From Octopus bimaculoides (taxonomy: Eukaryota): a DNA stretch of 64,000 bases. The stretch lies in the NCBI RefSeq assembly GCF_001194135.2, contig NC_068983.1:15394452-15458451 (forward strand). The letters are read 5' to 3'. Position numbers and translations under genes: made by a program. Shown here piece after piece: positions 13,201 to 24,600 of the stretch. The notes beneath the pieces were generated by a model. That model was given only the letters and a program-made list of their open reading frames with translations. It was not told the origin of the DNA and searched no databases. Position 1 is the stretch's first letter, and the number at the start of each line of letters is the position of its first letter.

Positions 13201-15596
13201 ATTTGCATATATTGTATTTATTCACATGTAAAATAGTCTATACACAGGGTGATTGTTCCTGAAATTTTCTTTAAAGTCTTTCAGATTATTTTTGTAATCA
13301 ACATATCTCAATCAAATTTCTAACTTTTTACATAGAGAGCCAACATGGAAGGCAGACAAACGATGATAATGATACAAAACCATTTTTTTTTTTATGGGAC
13401 AGATATAATCAATGAAATCAACAATTCCTAGAAATTGTTTTATTGATACTAGAGTGAAAGGCAAAGATTGAAGTGTAGAAATAAGCTTGATCTTGTTGAG
13501 GGATCAAACTTGCTTTTAATCTACATGATTGGTAAACCAAGTTGGAAAATACACTAATGGCCTTACTCCATCAACTTTTCTCATCTAGAAATATACTATA
13601 GATAGTGACAAAGAGATTTCCTACATAAATGAAATGTAAAGGAAAAGGTTATAGTTTAGCCACAAATTCTGAACCTGCAGGTTTAGGATCAAAGCCATTC
13701 CAGTTGAAACCTACATACACTTGGTGTATTGAGGTCAAGGTTAAATACATATGTATTTAGGTCTATATTATTCAATGTCTTTCTCTTTGATGGAAGAATG
13801 TGATTTGAAAGATATCTAGTTGAAACATTTAGCAGAACCATGTAGATGCTCCCTTATTGGCTTAAACATAACGAACAATTTATGTGGAAATCTGGACACA
13901 TCTGTAGGTATAGATGACCAAATAAGTAACTAGAATATTCAGTCATCCTAATTTGCAAACATACGAACTGGCTGCCTCAAGTCTTGGTAATTTTTCTCTC
14001 ACTCAACTAACCAAATTATATTATAAAAATAGAAGCAGAACTGATTCATTCTCCAGGACAGCTTTCAATTCCATTATAAAATATTTACATCAAGAATAAC
14101 CATAATTTATACGAGCACTTGATATTGTATGGTCATCAATAGGCTTCAACAAACAATGTGGTCTTCATGGAAGATGTGTAACATGAAGTAGCTAATTTAA
14201 TTGTGGATCTTGTACATTTCATCGTGTTTGTAAAAGACAGGAAAATAGGGCTCACCAAATCAACTAGCAGTAAACTAATTCTATCTAGAACTTTTTCAGA
14301 GAACTAAAACTTTCAACTTTACTGCAAACGAACCATGTCTGAAACTAAGAAATAAAAAGACACCCGATTTTATTTTTAAAATGATGGTCTAGATTCAACC
14401 AAAACCACAATTAAATTGATACTGTAGTTGACTGGTAATTATTTTATTATTTCTGAGAAGATGGAAAGCAAGCTGGGATTTGAACTTCAGCTAATATACA
14501 CCCTTACAGGACAAGTTTTAATGATAAAAGGATAATCATTAAAATTTAAAAATTTATTTTTCTTTAATAATAGGTAAAAAAGAAAACAGATTTTCCTGTA
14601 CACCAATAACCTCAAATTGGCTATGCTTCACTAAGAAAGTCTACCTTACTCCCAATATTTCTAGCATCATACATCATTGACATGGCATAACTAAAGATAT
14701 CAGTTGAACTTGCTTTGTATAACCTATGTTTGTTGTCATAAGCATGTCTTTATAAAAGTGTTGCTTCATTTGCTAAGTCTTCTGACAAGCCTTGGGAAAC
14801 TAAAATGCTAAGATGTTTACAAACTAGAAGCCCTCAAACAGATTTCCATACTCAATCAGACTGTTACTTAATGATAAAGATAATTCATTGCTCAGTTTAA
14901 CACCTGGCCCTCTGGGTGTCTTTAACAAATGCCATTCTGTTTCAAGCAGTTAGATCAGGGTCTTTATTCTGAAAATAAATTTCTTCCTTCCTCCCACTAA
15001 TCACAGAAGTCCGAAAAGGAGTCATGGATACTGTCCTTTCTCTTATGACTAAGTCTATTTAAAAAAAAAAAATTAAAAAAATAAAAGTATTACAAAAATC
15101 TTTTCCACTATAATTAGAAATTTATTTTTCAAACAGAAGACACGTTTACTTACCTAGTATTTTTGCTCTAGCTAAAGTTGTTTTATGATTATCATTGATA
15201 ACAAACAGCTTGAAGTTTCTTGTTGTGACATCAAGATTAGCTTTATCTTCAGAGTCCTCGGGTGATTTTTCAGGTAACCACATATTAAATTCAGCTAACC
15301 AATTCTGTATGGTGTTAATTGGAACAACGCAAAGCACAGATTGAGCCTCAGTGAAACGCAAAAATATATCAATAAAGCCAATGAGTTGAATGGTCTTTCC
15401 TAAGCCCATGCTATGAGCCAAGATACAGCCAAAGCCGCTGCTGGATTTAAATCGGCTTTGGGATTCTATCACATTATCATACAAAAATCTGATGCCACCA
15501 ATCTGAAATAAAATAAATATCAGAAAACTCAAATATACTTTTGATTTTATTTCCTTCCTGCTTTAAAAAATATTATACAAACATTATTATAGAAGC

Positions 15597-15627
<31 letters not shown>

Positions 15628-18600
15628 GGGAATGGAACAGAGACAAAAGAAAGTAATTCTTGAATGGTGAACCTAATCAACCAACCAGTTTAACTAGTTT
15701 GGTCCTTACCAGTTTTTAGCAGGGTTTATGCCATAAGCATTCAAACTTAGACATACAAACCCTTAACATAGTTCTCAGAGAGATTCAGCATGACAACTCA
15801 TTTTTGCCAGCTGAATGGACTAGAGCAATATGAAATAAAGTGTTTGGCTCAAGGACACATACTGCCAGGTGTTGAACTCACGGCCTTACAATCATGAGCT
15901 GAATACCTTAATCACATAATCACAGGCCTACACACACACCTATGTATAATAACTTGGACAAAGAGCCAGCTACTTTTAACATCTGCATTTCCATAACAAA
16001 ATAGGTTGGGAGTTTCTGCAGTAAAGCATTATCCATATATATAGACTTTATATCATATAAATGAATTAATATTCTAAGAACTGCCTACTACCTTAACAAT
16101 ATACATAAATTGAGTTCTACACTTAACTTTTACATTCAGCAAGAAGCATCTAGTTGCATTGTAAGTCCTTGCCAGGATAGTTACTGCTTAGACACATCAA
16201 GAAGATATTTTTGTTGACTAAATGTTTTCTAAGCATTTGCACTCAATTGTCCTAATATAAAACACTAATTCTCAACTCTTTTACCCACAATTAAAGAACT
16301 TCTTGATTGCCTATCAGTCAAAGATTTCATTTCATCATTGACTATATGATAAAGAATTACTACTTATTTTCTTCCTATATACTCAACATAGCTATTCCCC
16401 TAAATAATAAGTTTCTATTGGTCTCTTACTACCAATTAGTATCTTTAATGTTTACTTTCAGAACTATTAATCGAGCCTTATCATTGTAATCATATTACAA
16501 AGATTATGACTGCAATGAAAACTAAGTCATTTACAAACTGAAGCTTTTATAAGAATTTGGTTTTTACTATTTTACTACTAATATTAAGAGAAGGAGGGCC
16601 TAGCACAAAACCTTACTGAATTTATATATATATATATATATATATCATCATCATCGTTTAACGTCCGCTTTCCATGCTAGCATGGGTTGGACGAATTTGA
16701 CTGAGGACTGGTGAAACCGGATGGCAACACCAGGCTCCAATCTAATTTGGCAGAGTTTCTACAGCTGGATGCCCTTCCTAACGCCAACCACTCAGAGAGT
16801 GTAGTGGGTGCTTTTACGTGTCACCCGCACGAAAACGGCCACGCTCGAAATGGTGTCTNNNNNNNNNNNNNNNNNNNNNNNNNNNNNNNNNNNNNNNNNN
16901 NNNNNNNNNNNNNNNNNNNNNNNNNNNNNNNNNNNNNNNNNNNNNNNNNNNNNNNNNNNNNNNNNNNNNNNNNNNNNNNNNNNNNNNNNNNNNNNNNNNN
17001 NNNNNNNNNNNNNNNNNNNNNNNNNNNNNNNNNNNNNNNNNNNNNNNNNNNNNNNNNNNNNNNNNNNNNNNNNNNNNNNNNNNNNNNNNNNNNNNNNNNN
17101 NNNNNNNNNNNNNNNNNNNNNNNNNNNNNNNNNNNNNNNNNNNNNNNNNNNNNNNNNNNNCTACCTCTTCCACGGGTTCCCTCAACTGTTAGGGTGTGGC
17201 ACTTTTTCACGCAGCTATCCTCATCCATTCTCACCACATGTCCATACCAGCGCAATCGTCTCTCTTGCACGCCACAACTGATGCTTCTAATGTTCAGCTT
17301 TTCTCTCAAGATACTTACACTCTGACGGGTATTCACATTGACATTACACATCCAACGGAGCATACTGGCTTCATTCCTTGCGAGCTTACGTATGTCCTCA
17401 GCAGTTATATATATATATTTTCAATTTTTTTAGGTTATCTCTTAATGGCATTCACAACACTCGTAAGTCAGTCTTTCACACCTAACCTTTTCAATGCCTA
17501 TCAGGATGTTGAATGAAGACTCAGAACACAGTCAAAAAACCTTCTCTTAATAAATAAATGCAAACTAGAATTCTTTGATATTTCTAAAGAACTTTCTTTC
17601 AGCTACCTCAACAGAAAAATATGATCCACATACCAAAACAAACACAAACAGTATGAAAAGAAAAGTTAATTCCAGTCTAGCACACTAATCAAAATGTGAC
17701 TTCATCAAGACAAATTAATCAGTTTCAATTCTATTAAAAAAATATATTTAGCAAATCATTACTTTCAAATATCTGTTTGAGAATTCTCCCAAAAATAAAA
17801 TAAAATATCCATGTAAAGAATTGAAAATTAATTTTCACCTGATGTGGTTTAATAACACTTGCAATGTGTGGAGGGAGGAAAACATCAGGGTCACCTTCAG
17901 GATGACCAATATTAATTAAAACATTGCCGGTTTCGTCTGGTTGATTCAACTCATCGTTAATATGTGTACCAACATTATCCATATCTTCTTCCTCTTCTTC
18001 TTCCTCTGCCTCCTCAGGCTCTTCATCACTTTTTATCATGACAACATCATCATCATCACTAAGTTCAATGATGTCAGTCAACACTAAAAGTAATAATATA
18101 ATAAAATATTAATACTCATAAGTACAATGTTGCTATTTAAAATATTTTGAAGCTTTTTTTTTTATTATTCAATTCAAGTTAATTATTCAGTAATTGTATA
18201 CAAACAACAATTATCATCATCATCATTTAACATCCGCCTTCCATGCTAGCATGGGTTGGACGATTTGACTGAGGACTGGTGAAACCAGATGGCTACACCA
18301 GGCTCCAATCTGATTTGGCAGAGTTTCTACCGCTGGATACTCTTCCTAACGCCAACCACTCCGAGAGTGTAGTGGGTGCTTTTACGTGCCACCGGCATGA
18401 AGGCCAGTCAGAAGGTACTGGCAACAGCCACGCTCAAAATGGTGTATTTTACGTGCCGCCTGCACAGGAGCCAGTCCAGTGGCACTGGNNNNNNNNNNNN
18501 NNNNNNNNNNNNNNNNNNNNNNNNNNNNNNNNNNNNNNNNNNNNNNNNNNNNNNNNNNNNNNNNNNNNNNNNNNNNNNNNNNNNNNNNNNNNNNNNNNNN

Positions 18601-21600
18601 NNNNNNNNNNNNNNNNNNNNNNNNNNNNNNNNNNNNNNNNNNNNNNNNNNNNNNNNNNNNNNNNNNNNNNNNNNNNNNNNNNNNNNNNNNNNNNNNNNNN
18701 NNNNNNNNNNNNNNNNNNNNNNNNNNNNNNNNNNNNNNNNNNNNNNNNNNNNNNNNNNNNNNNNNNNNNNNNNNNNNNNNNNNNNNNNNNNNNNNNNNNN
18801 NNNNNNNNNNNNNNNNNNNNNNNNNNNNNNNNNNNNNNNNNNNNNNNNNNNNNNTCAGTGACAATGTTGTTGTTGTTGTTGTTGGCACTCCATCGCTTAC
18901 GACGTCAAGGGTTCCAGTTGATCCGATCAACGGAACAGCCTGCTTGTGAAATTAACATGCAAGTGGCTGAACACTCCACAGACACGTGTACCCTTAACGT
19001 AGTTCTCAGGGATATTCAGTGTGACACAGAAACAGGAAGTAAGAGAAAGTTGTGGTGAAAGAGTATAGCAGGGTTCGCCACCATCCCCTGCTGGAGCCTC
19101 ATGGAGCTTTAGATGTTTTCGCTCAATAAACACTCACAACGCCCGGTCTGGGAATCGAAACCGCGATCCTATGACTGCGAGTCCGCTGCCCTAACCACTG
19201 GGCCATTGTGCCTCCACTCAGTGACAGTATAATTTTATAAACAATATGTCATTTTCTCAAATTACTAATATTAATAAACATACCTCCAAAAAAAATCAAA
19301 ATTATGATTATACAGTATAAAAAAAAAAAAAAGCAAATTTCACTTCCATACTATGTGAATCATTGTAAATTTAATAACTCCATTACCTTTCTTCTTGTTC
19401 TCATCTCCACTGTCAAGAAGGATAACATCATCTTTGCTAAATTGTTTGTTAGTTTCTTCAGTACCTATAAATAGAATAAGTAGACAGATTTTAAAATTTG
19501 AATACTAAAACAAGGACTCCTATTAAGGTTTTACAATTGTAAACGGGCAAAATCCAAAATCCAGTGTGACAGGTAGAAAGCAAATGCACTAACTCATTTA
19601 ACAATCAGCGTTTGCTGGCAGAATTTGAATTAACAATCTGAATAGCATCATCATCATCTACCACTTTTCCATGCTTGCAGGAGTTGGAAAGAATTTGTCA
19701 AGACAGATTTTCTGTAACTGGACGCCCTTCCTGTTGCCAACCCTCACCCGTTTCCAAGCAGGGTAATACTTCCCATGGCCAGACATGTTTTTCCATGGAA
19801 AACTGGAAACAACATTGATTGTATGATGGTGATGCATGTTTATAACTATCATGTGATGTCTAGACAAGAGTACACACACACACACATACATAAACTACAG
19901 GTTTCTTTCAGTTTCCATTCACCAAATCTACTCCATGCAGTGGGATTGAACCCAAGTCCCACTGTATGGCACCTTGAGCAATAGACTAATATAGATTCTC
20001 CATTGCATGATAAAGCTTATATTTTAGTGAACGTTTTTTTTTATTTAAATATTATCAATTAATCAACAAAGGACAAATGATAAAAAAAAAGTGATAAAAA
20101 AAGTGATGACAAATTTAACTGAAAATTACAACAATTCAACTTGACCATGAAAGAGATAGAGAAACCACAATAAATAGATTTATCGGTTTTATTTCATAAT
20201 CAAGCTGAAGTGATATTAAATTTCATAGAAATTTGATTTTTTTTTTACCATTTTTATTATTAACCCTTCATCAATTAACCCTTTACAATTCAGATTACTC
20301 TGCCAATTTTTATGCTTATTAATTCACACAGTTTTGAATTAATCATGCATTATCATGTAGCTTTGAGATTTTGATGATGTAATTGTCTATGTTTAGAATG
20401 ATAGTATAGGGTTGGATTTGGCCACTTTGAACATAAAATAAGTTGAATATTTGGGCTAGATATGGCTAGTTAAGTGATAATTTTTTTAAATAACATTCAC
20501 TAAAATATGGTGGTTTTTATTGGGTTGTCCGGAAAGTTCGTGCCGATTTTTAAAGGAAAGAAAAAGGTCGACAAATACTTGCCATTACATTTTTAATCAA
20601 TCAAATATGAACCATTTTGTTGCACAATTCGTCTCCATCTTTCCTTTAACTTGAAAATACCCTCTTCCCAGAATTGAGGTGGTTTCATGGCAAATAAGTC
20701 AAAAGGTAAACTACTATAAATCAAGACGAACTTTCCGGACAACCCAATATATATATATATTAAAAAAAGAAAGAAAATTTACCAANNNNNNNNNNNNNNN
20801 NNNNNNNNNNNNNNNNNNNNNNNNNNNNNNNNNNNNNNNNNNNNNNNNNNNNNNCTAATAAATAAGATGGCACATAAATAGACACACACAAGAATGATTT
20901 TATCACAACATCCAATTATTCCTTGCTACCTACTATTAAACACAACATCATTACCATCATTCAAATTAAACATAAAAGACTAACAAGGAACTATATGAAA
21001 AAAAACTAATTTTAATATGCTTGTACCTTCAATACAATAGTTTTATACATGTATGTGAACAAATACAAACACATACACTGGCCAAAATAAATTTAAGACC
21101 GATAAGAACAGTTCTATCCCTTCATTAATTTATTTTTAACAAAACTGTATAAAATTAGTTTACTTTTTACAGTTTATGTAGAATCTTTTCTCTTTCGAAT
21201 GATACAGGCATTATATATCTTTCTACAATTTGAATAGTTTTAATGCACAATTAATTCAAATGATTGAAATTTGTCAGCAAAATAAGTAAGTTTAAGATTG
21301 TACCAACATTATTTTGTTTAAATTGAAAATTTACATCACAAATGATCAACAAACAAAAATTTATTATTAGTATCCTAGTTCCATAACCATTATTTTCAAT
21401 TATGGCCTTACGACGGCATGATATGGAGTTCGACAAATGAGCACAAAAATCACCTGCCATATTTCTTCAATAAAAGTATATAATTTGGAAAATTATATAT
21501 AACATGAACTCTTTTAGGAACATAATTCCATAAATTTTCTATCAGATTCAAATCCGGGCTCTGCAGAGGCCACTCAATAACCACCACATTATTGCGCTCA

Positions 21601-24600
21601 AAATATTGCAAAACTTTCCTAGCCTTATGAACGGAGCAATTGTCCTGCTGGAAAATAGATCCCAGTGGCATCTGATTATTTAAATATGGCAGCACATTTT
21701 TATTTACTAATTGCAGATAGCCTACACTGCTCAATCTGCCATCAACTTTAACAATTGGACCAACACCTAAGCTGCTGAACACTGCCCACACCATTACCCA
21801 CCACCTCCCATTTGCACCGTTTTCTTGACACACTTAGGATGGAAATTTTCAGTTGGACAGCAGCTAACATAAGTTTTTCTGTCTGATGCAGAAGTGGGAT
21901 TTGTCTCTCCAAAGAACTTTTGAGCAGTCTTTGGCCATCCATTCAATATGGCTTTTAATAAATTCGATCCACTTCCACCAGTTCATCTCAGAAATTATCG
22001 GCTTCTTTAGAGCAATCCAGCCAAACAGTTCAAATTTTTTTAGGCAGTTTCTTATTTCTTTATTGCCCACAAGGGGCTACACACAGAGGGGACAAACAAG
22101 GACAGACAAACGGATTAAGTCGATTATATCGACCCCAGTGCGTAACTGGTACTTATTTAATCGACCCCGAAAGGATGAAAGGCAAAGTCGACCTCGGCGG
22201 AATTTGAACTCAGAACGTAGCGGCAGACGAAATACCGCTAAACATTTCACCCGGCATGCTAACGTTTCTGCCAGCTCGCCTTAAACTGCTCTTTTAGGCA
22301 GTTTCTGACAGTTTGTTGTGTAAAGCTGATGTCCGTTTAATCAGATAATTGCTTGCAAATGTCCACTGCTGCTAGCATTTGGTTACCTTCAGAGAGCCTA
22401 TGAATTCACCGATCCATTTGTATTGTTGTTTTTCTTGGAGTGCTCATTCTTTGCTGATCTTTGTATTGGCCAGTGGCTTGATAAAGTTTCCATGCTTGAA
22501 CACAAGCCGTATTACTGCATCCTAATTGCTTGCTATGTTCATGGAGGACACATTTTGCTGATGAAGCAACACAATCTTTGATCTAGTAACTTGGCTGATA
22601 CCACGACGCTTTCCCATAGTGAATTAATGTGTGACAATGCTCGATTACTAAACAAAACAGTGTAGTTTGACCAGCCATATGACCACCCATTTGGTTTATC
22701 AATGTGTATAATCTTGGTACGGTCTAAACTTATTTTCCCGACAATTTCTAATCATTTGAATTAATTGCAGATTAAAATTATTTGAATTGTAGAAAGATAT
22801 ATAACTCCTATATCTTTTGAAAGAGAAAAAATTCTACACACACTGTAAAAAGTAAAATAATTTTATACAGTTTTGTTAAAAATATATTAATGAAGGAATA
22901 CAACTGTCAATACCGGTCTTAAACTTATTTTGGCCAGTGTATATGTTAGTGTAAGGTGCCACCTTACATGACAGTAAGATGGCACCTTACTGTCATAGCA
23001 GTAAGATGGCAAGCTGGTAGAATCATTAGCACACCTGGCAAAATGCTTACCAGCATTTCATCCATCTTTGCATTCTAAGTTTAAATCCTGCCAAGATTGA
23101 CTTCACCTTTCATCCTTTCGGGGTCGATAAAATAAGTACTGGAGTCAAAGTAATTGACTTACCCCTAATATTGCTGGCCTTGTGCCAAAATTTGAAACAA
23201 ACATATCACAGCAGTAGGCTACAAGTTTTAGTTATGGTTCAACACATGACAGGCACATGTGTTTCTTAGCATGTTTTAACATATGATGAACTAAAACCAA
23301 CAGCTAAATACAAGTTAATCAAAGTTATAAAGTTTTCTAGTCAGTGATAAGGACAGCATTCCAACAGCCACAGGGACATTTACTGCTGAGAGTTTGAGCC
23401 CAGAACCATGTGGTTGGGAAGCAAGCTTCTAGCTTCTTACCACACAGCCAGTATGTATATTATTATATTGCAATATATTAAGAAAAGGTTGCTCCATAGA
23501 ATCACAGGTTAAAATTCAGATTTTATACTTGGTATAGTAAGGATGGATGTTGGTTTTGAGAAATTCTTTTTTTTAAGTCCATATCCCTACACACACACAT
23601 ATATATATGGTAATTGATACAGAAGAATGTGAGAAAACTAGTGTTGGATTTCACTGACAATTAGTATGTCCAATGAAGTATTCTGTTGGAAAAGCTAGAC
23701 TTCACTTCTTCCTCAAGGCAAAACAATTTCATTTTGTGAACTTTAATAAACAAACACACACACATATAAAACTCATAAAATTTTTGAACAAAATAATGCT
23801 TACCTAATATTTCTTCTTTTGGTTTTTTCTTTCTCTTTCTTCCGTTGACGTTTGAGTGTTAGTTTTCGTTTTCGAGATGAAATTTTTGGTTTCTCTTCAT
23901 CATTGCTGTCACTTTTCTTCTTCTTGCGTCCTTTACGAGAGCTCTTCTCTTTGCTTTTTACCTTTTCTGTATCTTTTTGCGTTTCCTCTTCCTCATTATC
24001 TTTCCCACCATCATCATCATCATCATCATCCTCATCATCGTCAGCGTCATCGTCATCATTGTCTCCATCCTCATCTTCATCATCTCCAGAAGACGATGAG
24101 GAGTCACCATCTTCATTTGAAGATGAATTTGAACTAGTGCTATCAGAATCCGAAGAATTTGAGCTTTCGCTATCAGCATTATCTTCACTTGAAGATGGAG
24201 ATTCGTTTTTGATTTCATTTTCATCTTTTGGAGTAAAGGACACATCTGATTCTTCCTTTATGTCTTTAATATCTTCCATTTCAATTTTTGATTGTTTCGA
24301 TTCCACTATATCACTGTCAGATTCATCGTCATCATTTTCAACTTTCTTCACTCTTTTTCTTTTATGTTTCTTTTTCTTTTTATTGCTGTCAGTACTAGGT
24401 TCTTCTTTCTTTACTTCCTCCTCTTCGTCGTCATCATTTCTTTCTTCAGACTGTTCTGAATGAGCTTGGGGTGAAGATGGATCCATCTTATCGTTACCAA
24501 TCAGATTTTCTTCAATATTTTTATCTTCAGGTTTTTCACTATCAGAATTTACTTCATTCTGAATGTCAGTTAAATTATCATTTTCTTGAGTATCTTCTTT

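Noticed and set aside
16711-19058. Long ORFs containing X runs (also at 32355-32723, 39747-40247 and 45372-45608)
   Set aside because: Artefacts of translating N gaps.
19140-19217. tRNA-Arg(TCG)-like sequence
   Set aside because: It is the head of a SINE (continuous with the SINE body, tail and TSD) and lacks a proper acceptor stem, so it is not a tRNA gene.
23852-24463. 203-aa Ser/Phe-rich plus-strand ORF, and the His-rich 23856-24137 ORF
   Set aside because: Antisense shadows of the acidic RAD54L2 exon (GAT/GAA codons read as TCA/TTC); no independent signals.
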